From a virus (taxonomy: Duplodnaviria; Caudoviricetes): a stretch of DNA of 28,738 nucleotides. The notes under the pieces were generated by a model. It was not told the origin of the DNA. It made no database searches and saw nothing but the letters and a program-made list of their open reading frames with translations. Below are positions 9,214 to 17,879 of the stretch, one piece after another. A program made the translations under genes and the position numbers. The DNA is taken from IMG/VR virus record IMGVR_UViG_3300037421_000030, positions 1 to 28,738 of that record, one strand, 5' to 3'. Positions within the stretch are counted from its first letter, which is position 1, and every line of letters starts with the position of its first letter.

Positions 9214-10671
9214 TTAGATCGACACGAGGTCTGTGGCGACGATGTTGACCAGAATGTGAATGAAGCCGCGCGCCGGGATGAACAAGGCGCTCAGACCATC
9301 GTATTCACCAATCTTGTAGTCACCCGGATTGGCAAGGGTGTAATTGAGGAATGGCACCGCGTTGACATCGCACTGGCCAGCAAAAGTGCCCGCATTGATG
9401 GCTTCCGACAGCGCCGGACCATCATACTGCGTCATGGTGATCTTGCCCAACACCATGCCAAAGGTCTGTGCGTCCTGCATGGTGCCATACAGCACTGTCT
9501 CCAGGTAGTTGATACCATCCTGGTTGTAGTAAAGCGGCGACAGCGGGTTGTTGGAGCCATTGATGATGGCATTGCTAAGGTCAAGATTGACTTGGATCTG
9601 CACCCAGTCAATGGTGTACCACCAGTTGAAGTAATCATGCCCATCAGCCGTCACCCCTTCATAGATCATGGTGAAGGCAATGCCACCTTCTGCCCCGGTA
9701 GAGATGTAATTGGTGAATGCGCCCTTAAAGCTCACCAGTAGTGGCCCATTGTTCTTGGTGGGATAAGGCGTCACCCCATAGACATACTTGAAGGCCATTG
9801 GGCAAATGCGGTTGGTGTTGCTGGGCCGGTAAGCCAGCGCCTGGTAGAACATCGCAGCCATCGAGAACTCGCCATCGGTGGCAGCAATATTGTCCTGGGT
9901 CGGATCAGTAAGGCTGGGAGCCTCCACAAACTGGATGACGTTCTTGTAGGTGGGGCCAAGGGTAGCCATGGTGGCTGGCGTCACTGTCAGCCAGAAATAC
10001 TCCATGGCCTCGGGATTTTGATACTGCTTCAGCAGGTTCTCATAATCGGCCAGTGCGGCCGGATCGCTACCCACATGACGCGGCATCAAGAAGCCATAGA
10101 TGGTCTTGGGATTTTGCTGCAGCCACTGTTCCAGCGCCGTAGCTTCATTGGCAGTGCTGTCCTGGTAGCCCAACTCCAGTATCCATGGGCCAGTCTGATT
10201 GCCCTGCGCAAAATAAGTGGTAGCCATCTGCTGCAATTCAATGGTGGTCTGCCACTGCACTGTGCCCACTGCGCTGGTGAGGCCCGGATTGGTGGTGAGC
10301 GGATAAGTGAAGGTATCGGCCGCAGTGATAGTGGCCTGCACCAAGCCATTGTAGGCCGCAGGCGTAAAGCCACTGAGCACCAATGGCACCACATCGCCAA
10401 CTGACACATTGGGGATTGGGAAGGTGGTCGTCACTGTGACCACCCCCGCTGCCCAGATAGCATTGTTGACGGCAATTGGATCTGGCAGCCACTGGTCAAT
10501 GTCCGAAAGTTGCGTCAGCAACTCGGTGTCATTGGGCACCATTGTGGTAGCACCAAAAGAGACCAAGGCTCCGGTGCGCTGATAGGTGTTGGGGGTAGGG
10601 GCTTCGATGATCGAGACGTTGACCGTAACGATCGCGTTAGGGTCAGTGCTGAACTGAGTTTGGATCGTCAT
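9214..10671 (-). CDS. Contractile tail sheath protein (DUF3383-like); start re-assigned to MTIQTQF
   Basis: About 485 aa. Motifs IVTVNVS, MATTYFAQ, FNWWYTIDWVQI, PLYYNQDGINYL, Y..NPGDY..G.YDG and RGFIHI; GAGG SD upstream of 10671. Confidence 0.85.
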   Translation of the reverse strand: MTIQTQFSTDPNAIVTVNVSIIEAPTPNTYQRTGALVSFGATTMVPNDTELLTQLSDIDQWLPDPIAVNNAIWAAGVVTVTTTFPIPNVSVGDVVPLVLSGFTPAAYNGLVQATITAADTFTYPLTTNPGLTSAVGTVQWQTTIELQQMATTYFAQGNQTGPWILELGYQDSTANEATALEQWLQQNPKTIYGFLMPRHVGSDPAALADYENLLKQYQNPEAMEYFWLTVTPATMATLGPTYKNVIQFVEAPSLTDPTQDNIAATDGEFSMAAMFYQALAYRPSNTNRICPMAFKYVYGVTPYPTKNNGPLLVSFKGAFTNYISTGAEGGIAFTMIYEGVTADGHDYFNWWYTIDWVQIQVNLDLSNAIINGSNNPLSPLYYNQDGINYLETVLYGTMQDAQTFGMVLGKITMTQYDGPALSEAINAGTFAGQCDVNAVPFLNYTLANPGDYKIGEYDGLSALFIPARGFIHILVNIVATDLVSI

Positions 10672-10704
10672 TTTCAAGCCTCGCAAACAGAGGTGATGGT
10701 GGGG

Positions 10705-11115
10705 TTACTTTTTCCTCGGATGATTGTTCTTAGCTGCTTCGTCAATGTGCTCCTTGGCCTCACTAGCTTGCTCCTCAGCTTCACCCGCGTGTCGCTGGGC
10801 TCTTTCAGCGTGAGACTTTGCCTGTTCAAGCTGGTTCCTGCGGGAATCATGCCCCCGCCTAGCAGCAGGGTGAGCAGGACGATAGTCTTCTTCCTCGTGC
10901 TCCACCTTCTCACGCTCCACAATTGTCCCAGGCTTGGCATCCGCAGCAGCTTGGATATCAACAGCCGATTGAATGGTCGGGGTGGCCCACATTGCTTTGT
11001 TGGGCATCGCGTTAGCAGCCAGCGTGGTAGCCACTGTCACCCCACCCGGCTTTTGTGCGGGCTGGAGGATTGGGAAGCCCGCGCGCCAAGCCGCATTCAC
11101 TGTGTTCTGAGGCAT
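10705..11115 (-). CDS. Hypothetical protein with charged C-terminal coiled coil
   Basis: 136 aa; strong SD TAAGGAG upstream; fills the gap in the operon. Confidence 0.6.
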   Translation of the reverse strand: MPQNTVNAAWRAGFPILQPAQKPGGVTVATTLAANAMPNKAMWATPTIQSAVDIQAAADAKPGTIVEREKVEHEEEDYRPAHPAARRGHDSRRNQLEQAKSHAERAQRHAGEAEEQASEAKEHIDEAAKNNHPRKK

Positions 11116-11125
11116 TTGACTCTCC

Positions 11126-12418
11126 TTATTGTCTTAGCCACTGCTCGGTGAACTGCACCTTGGCACCTTCAATGAACTGCCGCGCGATGTCACGGCTCAC
11201 CGATTGCAGGTAGTTGACTTCAAACTCAATGTGCTTGCGCTGTGCCAATATCTTCATTTCTGGCTGCGGGTGCTTCTCATCCTGGATGGCCCCAACGCTA
11301 GCGATGCCGATGGTCATCCAATCTGTTGAGTACTGCTCGACAAAATCCCTGAAGTCACTAGCCATAGCGTTGTCCGCACCATACATGGTGACGCGCACCT
11401 TCTCGCGGCACAATTGTGCGGCTTCCGAGTTGCGCCCAATCCAGGGGCGCTGCTCAAGTGCCAAAGTGTCATAGATGTGCACTGCGCCGAATGGCGGCTC
11501 AATATTGTCATCAACCAGGAAGCTGGGATACAGCATCAGTGGGCAGGTGAAGCCAGGATAGGGCGGCACATAGCCAGGCATGCTCAACCAGATTGGCAAT
11601 GAGTTGCTGACCACTAAGGATGGTTTAAAGTCCGCCGGATCGTCGACAATCTGCGTCTGATTGGTGCTGAACAGCGCCTTGCCAACGTAATGATAGAGGT
11701 CAGCCTGCTCATAAAGGAAACCGCGTGAGGAGAACGCGAACCGCAAATCATTGTAGGTGGCGATATAAAGATGATTAGCACTAATTTGATTGAAAGCTTG
11801 AACTTCGCTGAGACTAGAGAAGATAACTGTGTTAGAATCAACGGTAGCATCTTCCCGTTGATCGACGGCACTATCATAATGGAGACTGCCCTGCACATCC
11901 ACATGCGTGGGAAGTTTGACTGAATCCACTTGCTTTTGTAATACAGCGGTAAACTGATGGCCACCCGTAAACGCATTGACCCAGGCTATGCTCCCTGCTG
12001 GCAACACGATGTCTTCACCCGGCTCCAACTCTATCGTAGTGCCACTGGTTTCGGGATAACATGGACCAGTGAAATCGACAAACAGACTTTCTTCCGCTAC
12101 CAGGCCCTGATCTTGGGCGAGCAACGGGTTGGTAATGTGACCACCCACGATGTCGAGCGCCACCAAGCCTCCAGGCGTCACCTGAATGCATTCCCCATCA
12201 TTCACTGTGGCTGTGGCCAAGGCTGGACAAGGCTGCAACCCAGGTGTAGTGATGGTGCCGGTCGGCACCCGTATCCAATACACCATGCCATCCAGCGGAA
12301 ACACATAGCGCTGGTAAAGATCAAAGCCAATCAGCTGGTGAGCAGACAGTGTCTGCACACCCTGGGCCAGTGTCTGGCCCAATGGCGGCTTGATGCTGTT
12401 GCTAAAGGCGTTGGCCAT
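11126..12418 (-). CDS. Neck / head-closure plus tail-completion protein
   Basis: 430 aa. Motifs YVFPLDGMVYW, VQGSLHY, FAFSSRG..YEQADLYHYVG, SNSLPIWL, YPSFLV..N..PP and LAQRKHIEFEVNY; synteny before the sheath. Confidence 0.65.
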   Translation of the reverse strand: MANAFSNSIKPPLGQTLAQGVQTLSAHQLIGFDLYQRYVFPLDGMVYWIRVPTGTITTPGLQPCPALATATVNDGECIQVTPGGLVALDIVGGHITNPLLAQDQGLVAEESLFVDFTGPCYPETSGTTIELEPGEDIVLPAGSIAWVNAFTGGHQFTAVLQKQVDSVKLPTHVDVQGSLHYDSAVDQREDATVDSNTVIFSSLSEVQAFNQISANHLYIATYNDLRFAFSSRGFLYEQADLYHYVGKALFSTNQTQIVDDPADFKPSLVVSNSLPIWLSMPGYVPPYPGFTCPLMLYPSFLVDDNIEPPFGAVHIYDTLALEQRPWIGRNSEAAQLCREKVRVTMYGADNAMASDFRDFVEQYSTDWMTIGIASVGAIQDEKHPQPEMKILAQRKHIEFEVNYLQSVSRDIARQFIEGAKVQFTEQWLRQ

Positions 12419-12550
12419 TTATTTCTTGCGGCCCAACGAGGGACTGGAACAGGCCCCAGGTGACTTGGGCTTAGCTGGCATCGGCATCTTGGTGGCCTTG
12501 CCTTGCGGGCCACCTGTCTTGTTGACTGGACTGCATGGTTCCTTGGCCAT
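12419..12550 (-). CDS. 43-aa Pro/Lys-rich micro-protein (not in ORF track)
   Basis: MAKEPCSPVNKTGGPQGKATKMPMPAKPKSPGACSSPSLGRKK*. The ATG overlaps the upstream TGA (TGATG), and the TAA abuts the next ATG. Confidence 0.6.
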   Translation of the reverse strand: MAKEPCSPVNKTGGPQGKATKMPMPAKPKSPGACSSPSLGRKK

Positions 12551-13047
12551 CACTTCTTCTCCATCCAAGATACAAATGAAGCTTGGTATTGACCAGTGTC
12601 GATGAAGCTCGGACGACTGGCACGCTTGGCATAGGGCTTCTTGAAGCGGTGACTCACTCCGGCTTGCGCCGCCTTAGTAGGCACCCCCATGATCTTGCCA
12701 TCGTAGGCGCGCTGTGACAGCATGTCCTTGAAGCGCCGCGCGATGCTGCTCATTGCCTGCTCATCCAACGCCACTACATAAGGCTGCCCAACCATGATGT
12801 TCTTGAGAGCGCCAGTGAATGACTTGTCCAATGAGCTGATGATGAAGCTCTTCTGCAATTCATAGAATTTGGCCATGATGCCGTAACGCTTTTCAAGTAT
12901 CTCAGCAACATCGCCAGTGGTCCTGCCTGAGCCATAAGCCTTGCGTGCCTTGGCCATGGTGCCCTTCTTGGGCTTGCGCCCACCCGCGAATGGCGCAGTG
13001 TAGGCAATGTCGTGAACGCCGAGATGAAGTATCATGATATCCCCCAA
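12550..13047 (-). CDS. Virion morphogenesis / neck protein (HK97 gp10 / tail-completion-like)
   Basis: Basic protein with LHLGVHD, TTGDVAEILEKRYG, GVPTKAA and the C-terminal RPSFIDTG motif. Real start may be MILHLG. Confidence 0.7.
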   Translation of the reverse strand: MGDIMILHLGVHDIAYTAPFAGGRKPKKGTMAKARKAYGSGRTTGDVAEILEKRYGIMAKFYELQKSFIISSLDKSFTGALKNIMVGQPYVVALDEQAMSSIARRFKDMLSQRAYDGKIMGVPTKAAQAGVSHRFKKPYAKRASRPSFIDTGQYQASFVSWMEKK

Positions 13048-13520
13048 ACGGTTCCCCAGCTGTCCGCATAGGCCAAGTAGCGCTGGCCCCAGGGTGTCTG
13101 CTTCAACATCAGATCATCCATCAGCATTTTATTAACAAACTCAGGCACCTGTAAGCTTGTCGAAGTACCCTGGTCGCTGGCGCTGGTGGTGATGCCAATC
13201 GCAACAGTAGGCAAGCCGTACTGCTGGCGCAAGTCCGCCCAATAGGTGGGTGGATCCTGATTAGCCTCATCTGGAGCATACAACACCATCAGCGCCCCGC
13301 CATAGTTGTAGACTGCCAGGCTCCAAATGCTTATTGCACCTGGTGGGCCTGGCACGCTAGCAAACTCTGGCCAAAGCACCATGCTGTAGGCTTCATTGAA
13401 GCATTCCTCATAGGTCTGTTGGGTGATTGCTGTAAGCACCCCTTGTGGAATGCCCATCGCTGCTCCCACCCAGACCTGAAAGTCTGGTAGATTGGGGTAG
13501 TTAGGATGAGCCAGGATCAT
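13032..13520 (-). CDS. Head-tail adaptor (DUF4054-like)
   Basis: Motifs LAVYNYGG, GITTSASDQGTS and C-terminal QTPWGQRYL, typical of these adaptors. Confidence 0.7.
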   Translation of the reverse strand: MILAHPNYPNLPDFQVWVGAAMGIPQGVLTAITQQTYEECFNEAYSMVLWPEFASVPGPPGAISIWSLAVYNYGGALMVLYAPDEANQDPPTYWADLRQQYGLPTVAIGITTSASDQGTSTSLQVPEFVNKMLMDDLMLKQTPWGQRYLAYADSWGTVWGIS

Positions 13521-14072
13521 TCAGGCACGCCTACGGCCACGAATGAAAGGCAAGGTGCCATCAGCTGGTGCCTCTCTTGTCACATGGAAGCCATCCGCAA
13601 CAGGGGCATGATCATCAATGTTATAGCCACCCCTGGGCTCCTGCTCCTCGATGCTCACTCGCAGGCCCTTGGGCAGTGTCTCACCAATTTCTTCCTCGAT
13701 GCGCTGGTGGGCCGCCACTGCGGCCTCTTTGCGGATCTCCCTGCCCATTGCCTCCAACACTTCTTCATTGCGCTGCATGGCGCGCCGCAACCGCTCGGTG
13801 GTCAATGGCTTGCCGATTGAGAAGCAGATGCCATTAAATCTAAAGTCTTTTGAATTGTCCAACTCCTCGATTGACACCAGGCCATACTTGCGGTTCTGGT
13901 TCAGAATGAAGTCAATTTCCGGTGTGGTAAGATCAGTGTTGGTGCCGTTTGGAGCTATGGTGATCTGCCCACCAATAGGGATCGGCTGAATGATGACCCC
14001 GTTGCGCTCCAAGGCCCGATAAGCAAATTGATGAATCTGCTTACTAACATTGGCCACAAAAAGCTTAGGCAT
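13521..14072 (-). CDS. Conserved-type hypothetical virion-module protein following the major capsid gene
   Basis: 183 aa, MPKLFVANVSKQ..F.YR; strong SD GGAGG. Confidence 0.65.
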   Translation of the reverse strand: MPKLFVANVSKQIHQFAYRALERNGVIIQPIPIGGQITIAPNGTNTDLTTPEIDFILNQNRKYGLVSIEELDNSKDFRFNGICFSIGKPLTTERLRRAMQRNEEVLEAMGREIRKEAAVAAHQRIEEEIGETLPKGLRVSIEEQEPRGGYNIDDHAPVADGFHVTREAPADGTLPFIRGRRRA

Positions 14073-14097
14073 GTGTTCCTCCAGGGTTGATCTTTCA

Positions 14098-14188
14098 CCC
14101 GCTGCCCCCGCCTGGGTGGGGGCTCCGACACAAGGGCAGCGGGCTTATTCGGGCTCTGGCCGAAGGGAGAGCAAGGCTGCGCCCGAAT
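14098..14188 (-). promoter_or_regulatory. Double stem-loop downstream of the major capsid gene (attenuator / mRNA stability element candidate)
   Basis: Inverted repeats cccgctgccc (14098-14107)/gggcagcggg (14134-14143) and attcgggc (14147-14154)/gcccgaat (14181-14188). There is no U-tract. Confidence 0.5.
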
Positions 14189-15210
14189 TACTGATACTGC
14201 ATAGAGATGATGCTGAGTGCCTCAGGCCGCACTGCCCACCCTGAAGTGATACGCTGCTCGCTGAGCACATCCACTGCGCCGCCCGCCAACGGCACTGTGA
14301 TCTCCTTCGGGGCTGCCATATCCTGCAGCATCAAGGTACAAGCCTCCAACGAAGGTGTCAGCTTGGCAAACTCGTTGGTGTTGACGCGGGTGCCCTTGGG
14401 CTGTTCAACCTCAGGCATGCAGACAATGACAGCATCATTGCCGCCCGCGCCCTTGCCGATCAGCGTGTCATCGTAGCCCCAAAGAATGTCATCGTCATTC
14501 ATGGCGAGCACATCCTTGATCAATCCCGCGGTGCTGGTGGAGCCAGCCCCAACGCGCTGATAAGAAGTGAGCTGCACGATGTTCTGATATTCCATCGCGC
14601 CCAATGTGCGCTGCGGCCCCACAAACACAAACTTGCGGCCGATGCCGAGTTGGTTGGTGCGGGTCTTGATGGCTTGGACCTGACCAATCAGGAAGAAGGC
14701 CATCTGGCCGTTGTCGTAGGTCACCACTGTGTCATTGCCGCCACTATCAGCTGGCAGATTGATGGCTGTGGCACCTGCGGCATTGACCAGGCCCTCACCA
14801 TTGGTGGGGTTCATGCCATAAAGCAAGGCATTGCGCATCAGCTGGAAGGTGGCCTGCCGCATGCCCAGCCGATAGGCATCAGTGATGGACAATCCCCAAC
14901 GCGCCATTGCGGCGGTGTCGTGGTGGTCGTATTCAGCGCGCACCCTGATCAGGTAGCTGGGGGCGCTGATCTGGCTGAGGGCAAAGCCCACACCCGGCAG
15001 CTGGTTGTAGGCGCTCTGGCCCGCCGCCATGCGGGTGCGCAGGTCAATGCGCTTGATGTAGGCATAGAGGTCGCCGTCGCCCAACCTGACAAGTGGCCCA
15101 CCATCCGCCAGCAACTCAAAGGCCCCAGAGGCTTGAGTGTATGGCATCAAGGTTTCGGGCAAAGTGTAGGAAGGATGCACCTGGGCAAAGGCCGCTGAGA
15201 TATTACCCAT
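14188..15210 (-). CDS. Major capsid protein (HK97 fold)
   Basis: 340 aa after the scaffold and decoration genes. Motifs VHPSY..PE...Y.QASGAF, RAEYDHHD, RNALLYG, DDTLIGKGAGG and RITSGW.VRPEA; SD TAGGAG. Confidence 0.85.
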   Translation of the reverse strand: MGNISAAFAQVHPSYTLPETLMPYTQASGAFELLADGGPLVRLGDGDLYAYIKRIDLRTRMAAGQSAYNQLPGVGFALSQISAPSYLIRVRAEYDHHDTAAMARWGLSITDAYRLGMRQATFQLMRNALLYGMNPTNGEGLVNAAGATAINLPADSGGNDTVVTYDNGQMAFFLIGQVQAIKTRTNQLGIGRKFVFVGPQRTLGAMEYQNIVQLTSYQRVGAGSTSTAGLIKDVLAMNDDDILWGYDDTLIGKGAGGNDAVIVCMPEVEQPKGTRVNTNEFAKLTPSLEACTLMLQDMAAPKEITVPLAGGAVDVLSEQRITSGWAVRPEALSIISMQYQ

Positions 15211-15265
15211 TTTCGTCTCCTAATGAAAGGCCAGAGGTGGCCCCGGCCTCAGGTTTTGAACAAGG

Positions 15266-15895
15266 TTAGATTTGCACCAGCGCAGCTGCGCCGTTGTAGT
15301 TCCAAGTGGTGTAGTTGGTGGCCGGATTGTAGACAGGCACCATGCAGCCATGGGACTTGATCTGCAGGATCTTGATTGGCAACGCTGCTGTCGCAAAAGC
15401 AACGATCAGCTGGTTGGTGTAGTCCCAGGAGACCTGTGGGGTGATGATGCCACCCTCCAGCGTCACCAAGGTCGGATCAATGGCGAGCGCAATGCGTGCC
15501 CCTGACCCAAGCCGATAGAAGTTCACCAACATGCCATTGCCAGAAACCGGCACTGGACCTTGCGGTGTGCTGACTGCTGCATAGTTCTGGTCAAACACAC
15601 TGAAGCCAGTGAGGTGGGTCTCATCAACAGCACGCAATATGGTGCCGCCCAGCGAGTAGTCCGGCCTGGTGGGTGTTGCCGGTGCAGTGCTGCGCTCAGT
15701 CGAGATCAATTCCTCGATGGCCACCCCGCCAAACATTGGCAAGGTTTCCAAAGGCCCAAGGTAACCACCCGCAAGCGCGAAGCGGGTGGCCGGATCAGGC
15801 ATTGCTTGCCCAACGATGAAGCCATCAGATTCAATCGTGAACATGCCCGCAGCGTTGGTCTGCAGGACCGGGTTAAAAGAGACATTCGCAACCAT
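15266..15895 (-). CDS. Capsid decoration / cement protein
   Basis: 209 aa, beta-rich, between scaffold and MCP. Motifs DPATRFALAGG, PMFGGVAI.E and FYRLGSGARI; SD AAGGAG. Confidence 0.7.
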   Translation of the reverse strand: MVANVSFNPVLQTNAAGMFTIESDGFIVGQAMPDPATRFALAGGYLGPLETLPMFGGVAIEELISTERSTAPATPTRPDYSLGGTILRAVDETHLTGFSVFDQNYAAVSTPQGPVPVSGNGMLVNFYRLGSGARIALAIDPTLVTLEGGIITPQVSWDYTNQLIVAFATAALPIKILQIKSHGCMVPVYNPATNYTTWNYNGAAALVQI

Positions 15896-15954
15896 GAGTT
15901 GAAGCTCCTTCTACTTCTAGGCTGACCAGCTCAATGGCTGGAACGTACTTCCAA

Positions 15955-16941
15955 TCAGGCGGAAGGCCGAGTATTGAAGACAGCCACACGCCGTGCCGGA
16001 CGCCCAAAGCCCTTCACAAAGCTGTCCTTGCCATAGAACACAGTGATGTTCTGGTTGGTATCCGGATTGTGCTTGCGCACCGCCCGCAGTTCACCTTCCC
16101 CAAGATCAGTGGGACTGGCCGCCGCTGTGATCGCATCAGCATAGACCTGCCTCTCAGCGATGTTGAAGGCCTCCTCAGGCAACTTGGAGAACTTCACGCC
16201 CTTCCAGTGCTCAGAGTGCTTCTTCAGATGAGTGGCAAGCCGCTTGCGGTACGAAAGCAATGACTCACCCTCCAGCGGACGCGGTGCGCGCCCACCAAAG
16301 CCTGCAAACACTTCATCTGCCCGCGCTTGCGCGTCAGCAAAGGCCGCATGCTCCTCGTCACTGCGTGGCTTCATCATTGAGCTCAACCGCGCGATCTCAC
16401 GGCGTTGCTCCTCCATCTGCCGCTTCAAGGCGCTGACACTGTCCGCCTTCTTAGACTTGTCATCACGACGATCATCATCGTCGTCATCGTCGTCGTCTTT
16501 CTTTTCCTCTTCTTCCTCATCGTCGTCGGACTTCTTGGCGTCCTTCTTGGCATCCTTCTTGTCCGACACCGGCGGGATTTTGCCCTTCTCCTCGGCGGCA
16601 GGAGGAGGCAGCTGGTCCTTGCGCGCGTCCTTCTTCTTGTCGGCGGCCATGGGAGGCGGCTTCTTACCTTCCTCCTCCTCACCATCGTCGTCGTCATCAT
16701 CCTTCTTTTCAAGGAATGCGGGCTTTTTGTCCTCACCCTCTTCCTCTTCATCATCCTTCTTCTTGTCATCATCATCATCATCGTCGTCGTCATCCTTGCG
16801 GCCCTTGTCGGCCTTCAAGGGGTTCTTGGAGCCACTGCCAACCTCAAGCGCATCCATGCGCTTGCCGAGAGAGTCAAGCTTCGACAACACTTTGTCGAGG
16901 GGCTCACCGCCTTCGGCGTCTGTCTTTACCTTATCAACCAT
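15955..16941 (-). CDS. Capsid scaffolding protein; start re-assigned to MVDKVKTD
   Basis: Highly charged low-complexity N-half, then a coiled coil and AQARAD.V...FG.RAPRPL.GES...YRKRL. Follows the protease gene; GGAG SD upstream of 16941. Confidence 0.75.
   Translation of the reverse strand: MVDKVKTDAEGGEPLDKVLSKLDSLGKRMDALEVGSGSKNPLKADKGRKDDDDDDDDDDKKKDDEEEEGEDKKPAFLEKKDDDDDDGEEEEGKKPPPMAADKKKDARKDQLPPPAAEEKGKIPPVSDKKDAKKDAKKSDDDEEEEEKKDDDDDDDDDRRDDKSKKADSVSALKRQMEEQRREIARLSSMMKPRSDEEHAAFADAQARADEVFAGFGGRAPRPLEGESLLSYRKRLATHLKKHSEHWKGVKFSKLPEEAFNIAERQVYADAITAAASPTDLGEGELRAVRKHNPDTNQNITVFYGKDSFVKGFGRPARRVAVFNTRPSA
16460..16800 (-). repeat. Low-complexity GAC/GAT/GAA/AAG codon tracts (poly-Asp/Glu/Lys) in the scaffold
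   Basis: tcatcatcatcatcgtcgtcg runs on the + strand; the protein has several D and E runs separated by KK. Confidence 0.9.
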
Positions 16942-17665
16942 GTTTGGTCTCCATTTTCGTAATGCGCCGTTCCAAGCGCCCAACGGCTCGGGTTATCATA
17001 TGGCGGGTGAGCCGCCTCTCTAGTCTATCCACACTGTCCGCAATTACGAGCAATCGCGGGTCGGCTTCAGGCAACGACACACTATCCACTCGGATACCAC
17101 TTGGCGCTCCACCTTTGTCCCATACCCCTTTTTCGCATACAGCGAGATGGTCAACATAACTGGGAGATCCCTCAACCAGCATTGTAGAGCCGTCCTGGAG
17201 CTCAACTTCGTAGTTGACTTTAGGGTCTCTGAAGACAACAGAAGGGGAAGTGGATAGGTCTCCTTCCAGAATTTCCTTGCCGATAGTACGGTCGTAGATA
17301 CGTGCCACACCCCAGACATCCTCGCCCTTGATATAGGGCAGTTGCATGGTACCGATCACTTGCTGCGCAAAGCTATCACTGTCCAGTGTGCTAGCTTCTG
17401 GGTGCTCATAGATGATGGGCATGCCAGCAGCGCGCTTCAGAAAGTCATCCGTCAAGTAGTTCTCTGGACGGCGATACACCCACTCGTTGAGCTTGGGCCG
17501 GTAGCTGATGCCTGTGCCAGAGATGCGCATGTCCACCAGCAACGCATTCTCAAACATCTGCGGCGAAGCCAACTCTCCATCACGAATGGCCTCAGCCACC
17601 TCATACTCATTCATTCGCAGCCGACGTAGCGCGATAATGACGCCAGGATGGAGCTCAAACGTCAT
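16934..17665 (-). CDS. Prohead maturation protease (DUF2213-like)
   Basis: Motifs RISGTG..YR, E.VYRRPE..L, GMPIIYEHP, LSTSPSV and DHLAVCEKGVWDKGG; located before the scaffold. Confidence 0.8.
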   Translation of the reverse strand: MTFELHPGVIIALRRLRMNEYEVAEAIRDGELASPQMFENALLVDMRISGTGISYRPKLNEWVYRRPENYLTDDFLKRAAGMPIIYEHPEASTLDSDSFAQQVIGTMQLPYIKGEDVWGVARIYDRTIGKEILEGDLSTSPSVVFRDPKVNYEVELQDGSTMLVEGSPSYVDHLAVCEKGVWDKGGAPSGIRVDSVSLPEADPRLLVIADSVDRLERRLTRHMITRAVGRLERRITKMETKHG

Positions 17666-17879
17666 ACCCCAACCCGCGCAGCATTTCGAGTTCCTCTTCC
17701 TCGGTCAAGCGTGCCGGTGCCGGCTCTGCTGACTGCTCCTTGAAGCTGTTCCGCAATGCCTCAAATTCAGGGTTTGGGTCCTGGGTCAACGCCTTTGGGT
17801 CCTCGGCCCACTTGGCTTCAAAGTAGGCTTGCTCCTCAGGAGTCAAGGTGTCATCTGCTTTTGGAGGCTTTGCCATCAC
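17655..17879 (-). CDS. 74-aa acidic hypothetical protein coupled to the ADP-ribosyltransferase gene
   Basis: Start overlaps the stop of 17876-20413; GGAGG upstream; Glu-rich. Confidence 0.6.
   Translation of the reverse strand: MMAKPPKADDTLTPEEQAYFEAKWAEDPKALTQDPNPEFEALRNSFKEQSAEPAPARLTEEEELEMLRGLGYDV

Noticed and set aside
14098-14188. Rho-independent terminator or self-cleaving ribozyme
   Set aside because: No U-tract follows the stems, and I could not fit hammerhead or HDV-like core motifs by eye; kept only as a generic structure.
15211-15265. Short hairpins in the 15211-15265 and 15896-15954 spacers
   Set aside because: The stems are only about 5 bp in GC-rich DNA and are expected by chance.
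16232-17023. Long + strand ORFs (263 aa Ser-rich, 185 aa hydrophobic) and other + strand ORFs throughout the window
   Set aside because: They are antisense shadows of low-complexity or GC-rich minus-strand genes, and the minus strand is already tiled with coupled genes.
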